DNA from: a virus
Taxonomy: Duplodnaviria; Caudoviricetes
Strand: one strand, 5' to 3'
Virus record (IMG/VR): IMGVR_UViG_3300028797_000004
DNA length: 64,000 bases
The notes beneath the pieces were generated by a model that did no database searches, was not told where the DNA came from, and saw only the letters and a program-made list of their open reading frames with translations. The translations under genes and the position numbers were made by a program. Position 1 is the first letter of the stretch. Every line of letters begins with the position of its first letter. This document shows, in pieces, positions 19,144 through 29,403 of the stretch.

Positions 19144-19428
19144 ATGACAATAAATTCACAAAAGCCGCAGAAGCTTCGTGCAGCTATCCTCAAAGAATAC
19201 GAGGACATTGTTGTTGATGCAGTGGTTGACTACATAGAAACTCAAGGATTTCATTCAGGAAAAGACGGGTTCAAGCTCTTAATATTTCTCATGGCTCCTA
19301 CTAGTCCTTTACTGAACGGGCTTCAAATTACACTGGAGTACAACCACATAATTTCAGATATAGACTTGCGCAGAATGATTCGTGATGTTAAACGAAATAT
19401 TCAAGCGTATCTTACAGAAAATCATTGA
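19144..19428 (+). CDS. hypothetical protein
   Basis: GGAGTG RBS. Confidence 0.65.
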   Translation: MTINSQKPQKLRAAILKEYEDIVVDAVVDYIETQGFHSGKDGFKLLIFLMAPTSPLLNGLQITLEYNHIISDIDLRRMIRDVKRNIQAYLTENH

Positions 19429-19489
19429 CATCAACGATTAATAAATTATTAATAATTGATTAATAGACTATAAATTTTTATCGTACATA

Positions 19490-19518
19490 TTGACTTCTTT
19501 ACCAAAAGATGCTATAAT
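19490..19518 (+). promoter_or_regulatory. sigmaA promoter with extended -10
   Basis: TTGACT-17-TATAAT with TG extension. Confidence 0.8.
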
Positions 19519-19588
19519 ACTTGTGTAGGTACACATCGACGCCTACTCTTCATTTCAATTTATTTCAGATAGAACAGGAGAGAAGTAT

Positions 19589-20500
19589 ATGAACATCAAC
19601 AACACTACTACAGACAGATATGACCCTTTGCAGTTTGCGTCGCCTCTGTATGAGACATTCGCAAGTTGCGCAAATTTCTTACAGTACACCAAGCCGCTGA
19701 CTTATGACGAATGGTTTGTTCTTGACCAGGATCATAAGGCTGCGGCTCTTTATGTGCAGTTTTTCTCGCAGATAACACTTGCTTGGTACAAGTGTAAGCA
19801 GATATATGCATCTTTCTATGCTTCGGAAGAAGACGCAGTATCAACTATGTTTCAGTATATTCTCAAGAACATTCCGCTGATAGAAGCAGACGGCAAGAAG
19901 TTTACAGAGGCCTACATGTATAAGGTAGCTTACAACTGCTTGTACTGCATCTGCCACGATATCAAGCGTGACAAGGACAGATATGAACTTGAGATGTCAA
20001 ACTGTATCTGCGACGATTGCGGTGAAGTGATGATAGACCTTTTCGATACAGTAGCTGAGCTTGACTCACTTAATACAGAGATGCTCCGAGATCATCTTTG
20101 GTCAACTGTTGACAAGCTGCCAGCTAAATATCAGCAAGTAGTTGCTTGGCTGTTAGGCGAGCCGCTTGGTGCTGGTGTAGGTCCTGTTTTGAAGCGCCAA
20201 ATTCTTAAGGATCTTAAATTCTACTTAGCTCCATACACATCGCTGTATGAGCCAAAATCCTATGAATTCAAGACCTTCGGTGACCTCATGGAGCACATAG
20301 ATATTATCTCTTCCGCTACAGTGATTCTTTCTGACGGTACTGAGACAGTATTCTTCCCTAGGAACATCAGAGAGTACAAAGACAGAAGAAAGAATACCCG
20401 TAAGGCTGTCTCACTTTTCGGGCCAGATAAAGATTATATTTTCGACACAGAGGCAGCAAGCGACCTTACAGTTACAGACGTGGAGGTGAAACATATATGA
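19589..20500 (+). CDS. ECF-like phage sigma factor with C-terminal extension
   Basis: SEEDAVSTMFQYILKN...FTEAYMYKVAYN resembles ECF region 2; LWSTVDKLPAKYQQVV resembles the start of region 4. Confidence 0.6.
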   Translation: MNINNTTTDRYDPLQFASPLYETFASCANFLQYTKPLTYDEWFVLDQDHKAAALYVQFFSQITLAWYKCKQIYASFYASEEDAVSTMFQYILKNIPLIEADGKKFTEAYMYKVAYNCLYCICHDIKRDKDRYELEMSNCICDDCGEVMIDLFDTVAELDSLNTEMLRDHLWSTVDKLPAKYQQVVAWLLGEPLGAGVGPVLKRQILKDLKFYLAPYTSLYEPKSYEFKTFGDLMEHIDIISSATVILSDGTETVFFPRNIREYKDRRKNTRKAVSLFGPDKDYIFDTEAASDLTVTDVEVKHI

Positions 20501-20958
20501 AATTGTATATAAGAGCTATGTCAGATACTCAAAAAGCTGTTGAATCTGAGCTCAAAGCTAAAGCAGATCTTGTCATTGAGCACATTATCAAAGTAATTGC
20601 AATGCCAGAGCATCAGTCTGTTAAACATTGGAAGAAAGAGATTGTAATGTTCATACATAAAGTAAATAAACTTAAGCGTACAAATAAATGGCCTACAGCT
20701 CAGCAGATATTTAACTGGACATATGGTAAGTGGGCTGACGAATTGCACAGTGACGGCTGGATTCAAGGTGAGTTAGATGCATTATGCTTTGAGTATGACT
20801 TAGAAGTTGAGCTAGATGCGGACAATTACGCCGAAAGTATTCTTGCAGTTTGTGAGGGTTATTTCCATAAACTTGCAGACGAACTATCTGTAAGAGGCTC
20901 AATTTCGCCGCAAGTAATGTATGATACACTTGACGAGCTGTTGAGCTCTCAGATCTGA
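20497..20958 (+). CDS. DUF29-like protein, paralog 1
   Basis: EL...ADLVIEHIIK....P......HWKKEI. Confidence 0.55.
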   Translation: MKLYIRAMSDTQKAVESELKAKADLVIEHIIKVIAMPEHQSVKHWKKEIVMFIHKVNKLKRTNKWPTAQQIFNWTYGKWADELHSDGWIQGELDALCFEYDLEVELDADNYAESILAVCEGYFHKLADELSVRGSISPQVMYDTLDELLSSQI

Positions 20959-20974
20959 CAAGCGGGGTGAAAAC

Positions 20975-21424
20975 ATGAAAATTTATATTACTTCAGCAGC
21001 AAAAGCTATGCGAGACATTGAGTCAGATCTAGTTAATCATGTAGATCAGATTGAGGAAAATTTCATCAAGCTGTTGATTGCCCCTCAAGCTACAACTCGC
21101 AATCATTGGCAAGGTGAAATTGCAAGTCAGATCCATAAGATTCGCAAGTCTAAGGGGGCAAAAACTTTTCCTGATGCATCTAAGATATTCAGATGGCTGT
21201 ATACAGACCAACTGGTTGAACTGCAAGACCTTAAGTATTTTCGCAATACAGTTCTATTTATCTGTGATGTAGAAAATTTTGACATACCTAATGATCTTGT
21301 ATCGTTGAATCATAAGCTCTGTGCAGTTCTGAAAGATTACTACACTTGGCTTGCATCCAAGCTCAGTACTGAGGGTTCTATACCTCGTTCTGAGATACTT
21401 CAGAAGCTTGATGAATTAGTTTGA
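20975..21424 (+). CDS. DUF29-like protein, paralog 2
   Basis: Clear paralog of the preceding ORF (IK...P...HW..EI...IHK...K....P....IF.W.Y). Confidence 0.55.
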   Translation: MKIYITSAAKAMRDIESDLVNHVDQIEENFIKLLIAPQATTRNHWQGEIASQIHKIRKSKGAKTFPDASKIFRWLYTDQLVELQDLKYFRNTVLFICDVENFDIPNDLVSLNHKLCAVLKDYYTWLASKLSTEGSIPRSEILQKLDELV

Positions 21425-21502
21425 ATCGTTAGTATCTATGTAGCTGAACTAAGCGTCTTTGCTTCGCAGAGGCGCTCTAGATATGATTACTTATGAGAAG
21501 GA

Positions 21503-22141
21503 GTGATACACTTGAGTAGTGAATCAAATAAAACACCTGCTATTCTAGCTCAGCGTTTCAGCACAGATGCAGAGCAGAAAGCTGCGCTTGAAAAAGCTAT
21601 GCATGACCTGCTGTATGCTCTCGGCGCTGATCTAGAGTCTGCAGGTGTAAAAGAAACACCTCAGCGAGCTGCTAAGTACTGGTTAGAGCTTACAGAAGGT
21701 ATGCGCTACACCAACCATGACATAGCCGAGAAGTTCAACAAATGTTTTGATGCACCGTCAAATGCTATGGTAGTGGAGCGAGACATCACAGTATTTTCAC
21801 ATTGCGAGCATCATACAGCATTAATCTACAATGCAAAGGTTGCAGTTGCTTACATTCCAGCAGATAAAGTTATCGGCTTGAGCAAGATTGCTCGTATCTG
21901 TGAGATGTGCGCTAAGCGTTTACAGCTCCAGGAACGAATCGTTCAAGATATTTATGAAGTACTTCAAGAGGTACTTGGTACCGATGACATTTATATTCGC
22001 ATGGAAGCTTCACACGGTTGCATGACCGCAAGAGGCGTGAAGTCATATGATTCTACAACAGTATGCCAAGGCATTCATGGTAAATTCATAACAGAGCCTG
22101 ATCTTCGTCAGGAAGCAATAGCTCTAATGGAGAGGAAGTGA
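21503..22141 (+). CDS. folE: GTP cyclohydrolase I
   Basis: ETPQR, SHCEHH, VIGLSKIAR, RLQLQER, HGCMTARGV. Confidence 0.95.
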   Translation: MIHLSSESNKTPAILAQRFSTDAEQKAALEKAMHDLLYALGADLESAGVKETPQRAAKYWLELTEGMRYTNHDIAEKFNKCFDAPSNAMVVERDITVFSHCEHHTALIYNAKVAVAYIPADKVIGLSKIARICEMCAKRLQLQERIVQDIYEVLQEVLGTDDIYIRMEASHGCMTARGVKSYDSTTVCQGIHGKFITEPDLRQEAIALMERK

Positions 22142-22145
22142 TAAT

Positions 22146-22610
22146 GTGAGTAGAAGAGTTACACGTCACATTGAGTTTGAAACAGCTCATCTGCTTGAAG
22201 GTTACAACGGTAAGTGCTCTCGACTTCACGGACATTCTTATGCTCTTGAGATCACAGTATGCGGTGAGCCAACAAAGTCAGATCTTATTGCATATCGCAA
22301 CTCGCAAGCATTCGGCTTCTGTATGGATTTCAAAGCTTTAGATCAGATTCTCAACGATACCGTTCCAGACCATCTGTTTGTTGCTAATGAGCAGAACTTA
22401 GTTCCCGGGAAGCTTGAGAATGATATAGTCGAAGCTCTTAAGAAGCACAACTGCGCATATGAGCTGATGCCTTGTGCACCATCAGCTGAAAACATGGTGG
22501 ACTGGATAGTTCGCAATGTACAAGATAAGCTTCCTGAAGGTCTAGCTGTAGTTGAAGCAAAACTTTGGGAAACATCAGATTCTTATGCATCTTGGCCTGA
22601 AAGGGTTTGA
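22146..22610 (+). CDS. queD: 6-carboxytetrahydropterin synthase
   Basis: FETAHLL...GKCSRLHGHSY, MDF, DH, PSAEN, LWET. Confidence 0.93.
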   Translation: MSRRVTRHIEFETAHLLEGYNGKCSRLHGHSYALEITVCGEPTKSDLIAYRNSQAFGFCMDFKALDQILNDTVPDHLFVANEQNLVPGKLENDIVEALKKHNCAYELMPCAPSAENMVDWIVRNVQDKLPEGLAVVEAKLWETSDSYASWPERV

Positions 22611-22653
22611 GATAGATCAAATGATATCAAATGATACCAAGGAGGAATGACAC

Positions 22654-23424
22654 ATGGGTTTCAAAACAGTAGACGACTACGTTGAATCCAAAAATTTCGC
22701 TGCTACAGCGGACGGAAATGTCACAGGTTTCTTCACACTGAGAAATCACGGTGACTCGGCTAAGGTAATTTTCTTATACCGTAGCCCGAAGGATGTATTA
22801 GTTGCAGATGTGCACTACATTCTTTCAAACGACATCAAAGGATATGTACACTGTACAGGTCCGAATTGCCCTGCTTGTGCTAAGCGTATTCGTAAGGACG
22901 CAAAGATCTTCACACCTCTGTACAATCTTGAGACAGAGCGTATTGAGTTCTTCGACAGAAATATGAAGTATTGGGAGCCTCAGCTTCATCAGGACGTGTT
23001 CCAGAAGTTCGGAGATGACCCATCACTTGTTATCTTCAACATCACAAGAAACGGTGGTGTAGGTGATCCGAATACTAGATACGTGATTACCGGTGTGAAT
23101 TCAAACAATCTTATCTCCTATGATGAGATCTGTCAAAAGTTCAATGCTAAGTTCCCTGAGTTCTATAATAATATCTGCAGAGAGGTAACAGCTGAGGAGC
23201 TTAGTCTAGCTCTTAACGCTGATAATTCACCAAGCTCTGCGCCTATTGCACCAGCTTCGCTCCCAGACTATACTATTACACCAAGAGGTATGTCGGCTGC
23301 GCCTTCTGCACCAATTGCACCTAGTGCTCTGCCGCCTGCAATGGATACTACACTTCCTGATGCAGTTGCAGATGATGCTGATATACTTGAAGACAATACG
23401 CTTCCTGAGCCTGATTTCGATTGA
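22654..23424 (+). CDS. single-stranded DNA-binding protein (gp32-like)
   Basis: H...C....CPAC zinc site, ITRNG...NTRY, Pro-rich linker and acidic tail; upstream of the polymerase. Confidence 0.7.
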   Translation: MGFKTVDDYVESKNFAATADGNVTGFFTLRNHGDSAKVIFLYRSPKDVLVADVHYILSNDIKGYVHCTGPNCPACAKRIRKDAKIFTPLYNLETERIEFFDRNMKYWEPQLHQDVFQKFGDDPSLVIFNITRNGGVGDPNTRYVITGVNSNNLISYDEICQKFNAKFPEFYNNICREVTAEELSLALNADNSPSSAPIAPASLPDYTITPRGMSAAPSAPIAPSALPPAMDTTLPDAVADDADILEDNTLPEPDFD

Positions 23425-23487
23425 TTTCGGACTCAGGTGTAAATACGAGGGCTGAGACTGTCAGCCCTCGACTTATATCTACAGGAG

Positions 23488-24765
23488 GTGATAGCCTTGG
23501 GGCTTTTCTCACAGAATCAGCTATCACAAATTAATGCAATAGCTGAGAAGAGTCGAGCTGTAGCTGAACCTCAAAAGAAAACAGCTTCTAAGAAAAGTGT
23601 AAACGCTGAGCTGCTTAGAATTTCAAATGATGTACTTAAATACTTCAAGGATTCTCCTGCAATACTTATTTCTAGTAAGGCAGAGCTTCATGATTATGTA
23701 GATGAGTGCATCTCAGCGAAGTATGTGGCAATAGATACTGAGACCACAGGACTTGATAGAATCAAGGACACCATAGTTGGTTCTTCACTCTACTATCCTG
23801 GAGGTACAGAGTGCTACATACCCATCAAGCACATGGTGCCGATATTTGAGGTACCATATTCAGGACAGCTTACTTACGAAGAAGTACAAGTTGAGTTTCA
23901 GAGACTTGTAGATGCTCAGATATTTTCTGAGTGGGCAAACGCAGACTTCGACTTAGCAATGATTTTCAAAGATATACATGTAGATTTTCTGCCTACTGTA
24001 TTCTATGATGCACTTCATGCTTGGCGAACAATTAAGGAGAACGAACCGAAAACTGACTTGAAGAATTTGTACAACAAATATGTGCTCAAAGGTAAAGGTC
24101 ACCCTATGCGTTTCAAGGATTTCTTCCCTCCATCATTGTTTCCTTACTGCAAGCCTGAAATTGCAAAATTATATGCTGCTAACGACGCGAAGATTACACA
24201 TGAGCTCTGTTGGTGGCAGATACCTTATGTTACTAAAGACAATCCGAAGTGCCAGAAGCATCACTTTGAGAAGATTGCAGATCTCTTCTGGGGTGTAGAA
24301 AAACCAATGATAGAGGTCTGCCAAAATCTTCATAGACGAGGTATATATGTTGACAAGTATGCAGCAGATATGCTTCAGAAGAAATATGGTCCGTCACTTG
24401 AGGCAGATGCAGCTGACATCAGAAATGACATTCAAACTATATTGGATCATGCAACGACAAATGTGCCTAAACGGCCTTTCGGCAGCATTAAAGAATTCAA
24501 TCCTAATTCTACGCCGCACGTTCAGTGGGTTGTTTACGACTTACTTGGTTTAGGAGCTGGATCAGGAGCTAGGTCTACTGACAAAGGTGTATTATCTACA
24601 TTTAATCACCCATTAGTAGATAAGATCTTGGCTTACCGCAGTTTACGAACACTTGTAGGTACGTTTGTTGATAAGATGCCAAAAATCGTTGCTCCCGACA
24701 GAAGAATTCATGCTCAGTTTAAGAGTCAAGGTGCAGCAACAGGCAGAATGAGTTCTTCCGAGCCT
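23488..24765 (+). CDS. polA: family A DNA polymerase exon 1 (start may be TTG 23497)
   Basis: ExoI AIDTETTGL, ExoII NADFD, ExoIII YAANDA; ends TGRMSSSEP. Confidence 0.92.
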
Positions 24766-25657
24766 ATTGGAACTGAACATTGGGCTCGAAAAATCAAGTT
24801 AATTCAGGGAAGGGCAACAGCTTAACAGCTGCGAGATAACCCTGAGCCAAGACACTCATATATCTACCGTAGGAGGTACATGATATGAAACGAATTCAAT
24901 TCAATGAAGAAACTATTGATGCTATTAGATCTTTTATGACTGAAGGACATTCTGTACCTGAAGCTTGTAATAAGTTCAACATCAAGTATGATACAATGCG
25001 TAGAGTTCTGTACGACAATAATATTGAGTTCCGCAGAGCTCGAAAAGCTATCGGTCATGATCGCCTTACTGTATCACAAGAAGATATAGACCTAGTCTGC
25101 AAGTTATATTCTACTACAGACATTCGTGTTGCAGATCTCTGCAAAGCTGTGAAATTAGAAGATTACAACGTGCAGAAAATCTTAGCTGAGCATTTTTCTG
25201 AAGAATATCGAAATGCTCGTAAGTCCCGAATTTATCGTAAGAGCAAATTAGGCGATAAGAATCCAATGACTGGATTGTCTGGATCGCAGACGCCAAATTG
25301 GAAAGGTGGCGTTATTGACGATGGTAACGGTTACTTGATGGTTAAGAAGCCTGACTGGTATACTGGTCGCAAAGGTTCAGATTATGTGTTTCAACATTCT
25401 GTTGTTATGTGCGAAGCTTTAGGACTCACAGAGATTCCTAAAGGCTTTGTAGTTCATCATATAGATCGAAACAAGCATAATAACAGTATTCATAATTTAT
25501 GCTTACTATCTAGTAATGCACATAGCCAACTTCATTCAATTGAATCCAAGATGTGTAAGGTGCAGAGACTATCCGATATGGAGTAGGCAATTGCCGAAAC
25601 GCTTGACAACAGTTGGTGTAGTGTACACAGCTGTCGAAGATATAGTCCACGAAAATG
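24766..25657 (+). mobile_element. group I intron 1 in polA
   Basis: Exon CGAGCCT pairs with IGS GGGCTCG (U-G at the splice site); CTGAACATT pairs with 3' exon AATGTTCAG (P10); P7 elements GCAGAGACTA and AAGATATAGTCC; terminal G; splicing gives SSSEP|NVQNIP. Confidence 0.93.
24885..25586 (+). CDS. intron-encoded HNH homing endonuclease
   Basis: PNWKGG, VVHHIDRNKHNN...NL...H..LH; N-terminal HTH-like segments. Confidence 0.9.
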   Translation: MKRIQFNEETIDAIRSFMTEGHSVPEACNKFNIKYDTMRRVLYDNNIEFRRARKAIGHDRLTVSQEDIDLVCKLYSTTDIRVADLCKAVKLEDYNVQKILAEHFSEEYRNARKSRIYRKSKLGDKNPMTGLSGSQTPNWKGGVIDDGNGYLMVKKPDWYTGRKGSDYVFQHSVVMCEALGLTEIPKGFVVHHIDRNKHNNSIHNLCLLSSNAHSQLHSIESKMCKVQRLSDME

Positions 25658-26260
25658 AATGTTCAGAATATTCCTAGTAAACACAGCGATATCAGACATA
25701 TGTTCAGAGGCCAGCCTGCACATGATATCACACTAAGCTGCAAAGCTGAGAACAACACTGTTACAATCACATTATTCAAATTCTCTAAAGTGAAAAAGCA
25801 GCTTGCGGATTCACAGATAGAGATGACAGAAACATGTGAGTTACAAATCAATGATTCCGTTGTGCTGAAGCACAATGGTCAGGATACAGTTCTTAGCATT
25901 GCAGATATACATCGTCATGAAGATAATCCTGATATGTATACTTTGTCATTTGCTGCTGAATCAGGCAGTAACTGGGCTGTAGATATTGAGACAGCTACCA
26001 GTGTATTAATCTCTAGTGATTACAGTCAGCAAGAACCTAAGCTTACTGCTGTTATTTCAAATGACCCAAATATGATCAAGTCATTCCAGGAGGACAAAGA
26101 TATCTATTCTTTCATTGCTTCGCTTGCGTTCAACACAACATATGAGGCGTGTCTGGAGAACTTACCTACTGGAGAGTATGATGAAGACGGCAATGAGATC
26201 AAGGTGTATCAGCCTGACGGAAAAGCACGAAGATCTTCCGCTAAAACAATTGTATTGGGT
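25658..26260 (+). CDS. polA: family A DNA polymerase exon 2
   Basis: NVQNIP, motif A DYSQQEP, motif B RSSAKTIVLG. Confidence 0.92.
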
Positions 26261-27348
26261 AGACTATCAAGTTATGCCCCTTCAGCAGAAACCTTAGTTC
26301 ACAGACTGCTGAATGTAAACCTTGTGAACTGTATGACTCGCAGGTGTGCAGCACGCTGTATGCAGTAGTTGTAGGAAATGACAACGTAGTGCTGCGCTAA
26401 CAGGGGAGCCTTACTATTAAGTTAAAGGTAATCCTGTGCTAAATCCTTATATTTTCAACCTTATATGCTAGATATATTATACATGTAAGGGGTGTTATAC
26501 ATATGCACGAAGCATATATAATCACAAATCTTATAACTGGTGCTCAATATGTAGGTATTACAAGTCGAAATCATGAAGTTAGATTTCGGGAGCATATTCA
26601 GGAAGCTAATCGAGGGTCTCAAGTGAAGCTGCATCAAGCAATTCGCACTTACGGTGCAGAGAACTTCCGAGTAGATGTATTAGCTTCTGACATTCCTGAC
26701 GAAGGTGCTGCTGAAGCTGAACGCTATTTCATCGAGCTGTATGCTACTCATTATGATGCTGGTGGTTATAATATGACCATTGGTGGTCCTGGCACAATTG
26801 GCTATCATTTTACCGAAGAAGCTAAAGCTAAGATCAGCGAAGCAAGCAAGCATCAAGTTATTACTCCGCAGCGAAATGAGAAAATTCGACAAGCTATGCT
26901 AGGCCGAGAGTACAAACCTGAATGGAAGGCTGCACTGAGCCAAAGTCGTTTAGGTCGTTTCACTAAGGAGGAGAATCCATTCTTCAATAAACATCATACT
27001 GAGAGAACTAAAGCAGCTATTCGTGAAAGTAACACAAAGCATCATGTACTTTGTATCGATAAGGATACAGGTTCTGTACTCCATGAGTTCTACAATGCAC
27101 AGGCCGCTGCAGATTGGGTCACAAATCAAATTGGTTCTGGTGTAGCTGCAACTCGTATGGTTAGAATTCATGAAGTGTGCAGATCTCACAACTTAGCTTG
27201 TACAGCTTATGGTTATAGATGGAGATATAAGGAGAAGTCTATCGACTAATTAGTAGGGTGGAAGATGAGTCACCACTCGAAGCGCAAGGTGTGGTTCTAA
27301 GGTACCACAATGATATAGTCAGTACCACAAGAAATTGTGGAGAATATG
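26261..27348 (+). mobile_element. group I intron 2 in polA
   Basis: Exon GGGT pairs with GCCC; ACAGGG.../AATCCTGTGCT P4 region; P7 GACTAA/ATAGTC; terminal G; splicing gives KTIVLG|ILYG. Confidence 0.9.
26503..27249 (+). CDS. intron-encoded GIY-YIG homing endonuclease with NUMOD3/NUMOD1-like domains
   Basis: AYIITN....QYVGIT...RFREH...E..FI...GYNMTIGG; NPFFNKHHTE; TAYGYRWRY. Confidence 0.9.
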   Translation: MHEAYIITNLITGAQYVGITSRNHEVRFREHIQEANRGSQVKLHQAIRTYGAENFRVDVLASDIPDEGAAEAERYFIELYATHYDAGGYNMTIGGPGTIGYHFTEEAKAKISEASKHQVITPQRNEKIRQAMLGREYKPEWKAALSQSRLGRFTKEENPFFNKHHTERTKAAIRESNTKHHVLCIDKDTGSVLHEFYNAQAAADWVTNQIGSGVAATRMVRIHEVCRSHNLACTAYGYRWRYKEKSID

Positions 27349-29403
27349 ATACTTTATGGCCGTTCTATCCCTTCAATTGCCGATCAGCTTTATAGTAAAG
27401 AAGACTGGGACGACAAGAAGAAGATATCTCAAGCGCAGCATGTATATGATTCCGTACTTCAAGCGTTTCCTGCGCTTAAGAATTTCATGGAATACGCACA
27501 GCATCATGCACATGTATACGGCTATGTAGAGACAATACTCGGTCGTCGTAGGCACATACCTGATATGATGCTGAATGACTATGAATTTGAGCCATTACCT
27601 GGTTACGTCAACCCTGACGTAGATCCGCTGAATATTTCAACTCTTGAAGGTGCTGAAGGTGTACCAAAGCATATCCAGCAGCAACTGTATAAGGAGCTGA
27701 AATCTTACAAGTACAATGGTCAACGATTCAAACGTATTCGTCAGCTTGCAGAGACTGAGCATATCAAAGTTATTGATAACACTTATAAGATTTCAGAAGC
27801 ATCTAGACAGTGCGTAAACTGCGTTGACGCAGAAACAGAAATCTTAACTTTGAGCGGGTGGAAGCGTTATGATCAGATACATACCGGTGACAGCATCTTA
27901 GCTTTTGATTTAGATCAAAATTCGATTGTTGTGGACAGCATTGAACAAGTTCATGTATATCCTGGAACACATGAAGTAATAGAATTTGATACACCAACAT
28001 TTAATGCTGTGTCTACTAGAGATCACAGATGGGTAGTTTGCGAGAGTAATGAAGCACCAAGATTTAAAACTACAGAAAACATATTCAAGAACCGTTGGCC
28101 AGATTATCCTATTCTTCGTGTAGAAGACAATAAGCTACCCGCATCAAACACTTATAGCGATGCTGAGCTAAAGCTCATAGGCTGGTTCTTAACAGACGGA
28201 TATGCTTCACAGAAGCAATATAGTGTAGAATTGTATCAATCTACTCGTCGAGAGAAGAATGCAATGGTGTACCAAGATATGATTCGCACACTAGATCAAC
28301 TTGGGCTGAAGTATCGAGATTCTTGCGATGAAAATGAATATCACACCATTTATATCAATAAGTGTGATACAACTCTGCGTCTATTAGCAGAATTCCCCAA
28401 TAGAGAGCTTACATTTTCTTTTATCGCAACATTATCTCAGCAACAGGCTCAGATTGTACTTTGGTCTATGCTTGACGGTGATGGTACAATCAGCGGCGGT
28501 AGTGCTAGGTTGTGCTGCAGCTCTGTAGCTTCTGCAGATGCTATTCAATATCTCGCATTCGTTGCAGGGTATGCTACTAATCAATACGTCACTACACCTG
28601 AATATCATAATGCTACACCTAGTGCGAATACGTTATATGACTCTATATCTAATACTGAGCCAATTCATATCACCAAACCTTATTATGAGGTGTCTGTACT
28701 CAAGATCAAGCGAGCTCAGATCTATCCTCACCATAAATCTATTCGAACTGTAGATCTGGTCTGGTGCGTAACAACCAAATCGCATACCTGGGTGGCACGT
28801 CGACATGGAAAAGTATACATAACTGGAAACTCAACAGTCCAGGGCAGTGCTGCAGAACTTACAAAAATGGCCATGATAGAGGTAGAACGAGACCCGCTCT
28901 GGAACGAGCTTCAAGGACAAGTTCTCATACCGGTACATGACGAGCTCATAGGCGAAGTGCCGATTGAGAACGCACTCGCCGCTGGAGAACGATTAAGCGC
29001 AGATATGTGCGCAGCCGCTTCTTTCATGCCATTCCCTATCAAATGTGATGTAACAACTTCATATAGATGGTCTGGTATTGAGTACCCTTGTGCTCACCCT
29101 AGACCTGAGTCATTACAAGGTATGACTGAAGAAGAAATCAAATGGGTGCAGTATCACATATATGACATCGGTTATTATCTGCCGATTTTCAAATTACCAA
29201 ATGGTGATAAACCACGAGGCGAAGAAGCTTTAGGCGTAAACGGACGTGATACAGAAGAATTCCGAGGATTCATAGCGGACTACATGAGTCGTTATAATCT
29301 GCACACGGATCAAGAATTCTTGTGGCACATCGAACACTTTGTTTGCACTGGAGTTCTCCCTAATATCAATGAATACAGAAAGAAACATGGAGGTCAAAAC
29401 TAA
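27349..29403 (+). CDS. polA: family A DNA polymerase exon 3 (contains intein)
   Basis: ILYG, GYVETILGRRRH, N|STVQGSAAELTK, motif C VHDE. Confidence 0.92.
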   Translation: MLYGRSIPSIADQLYSKEDWDDKKKISQAQHVYDSVLQAFPALKNFMEYAQHHAHVYGYVETILGRRRHIPDMMLNDYEFEPLPGYVNPDVDPLNISTLEGAEGVPKHIQQQLYKELKSYKYNGQRFKRIRQLAETEHIKVIDNTYKISEASRQCVNCVDAETEILTLSGWKRYDQIHTGDSILAFDLDQNSIVVDSIEQVHVYPGTHEVIEFDTPTFNAVSTRDHRWVVCESNEAPRFKTTENIFKNRWPDYPILRVEDNKLPASNTYSDAELKLIGWFLTDGYASQKQYSVELYQSTRREKNAMVYQDMIRTLDQLGLKYRDSCDENEYHTIYINKCDTTLRLLAEFPNRELTFSFIATLSQQQAQIVLWSMLDGDGTISGGSARLCCSSVASADAIQYLAFVAGYATNQYVTTPEYHNATPSANTLYDSISNTEPIHITKPYYEVSVLKIKRAQIYPHHKSIRTVDLVWCVTTKSHTWVARRHGKVYITGNSTVQGSAAELTKMAMIEVERDPLWNELQGQVLIPVHDELIGEVPIENALAAGERLSADMCAAASFMPFPIKCDVTTSYRWSGIEYPCAHPRPESLQGMTEEEIKWVQYHIYDIGYYLPIFKLPNGDKPRGEEALGVNGRDTEEFRGFIADYMSRYNLHTDQEFLWHIEHFVCTGVLPNINEYRKKHGGQN
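27820..28830 (+). mobile_element. 337-aa intein with LAGLIDADG endonuclease in PolA
   Basis: CVDAETEILT start; TRDHRW block B; LIGWFLTDG and SMLDGDG; VWCVT...YITGN|S end. Confidence 0.92.

Noticed and set aside
24766-24825. Tails IGTEHWARK... and RLSSYAPS... (26261-26368) as polymerase sequence
   Set aside because: These are read-through into intron sequence
25306-25315. 10-nt match GTGGCGTTAT between the second TnpB 3' flank and the intron HNH gene as a guide target
   Set aside because: Too short, expected by chance, and the guide boundary is unknown
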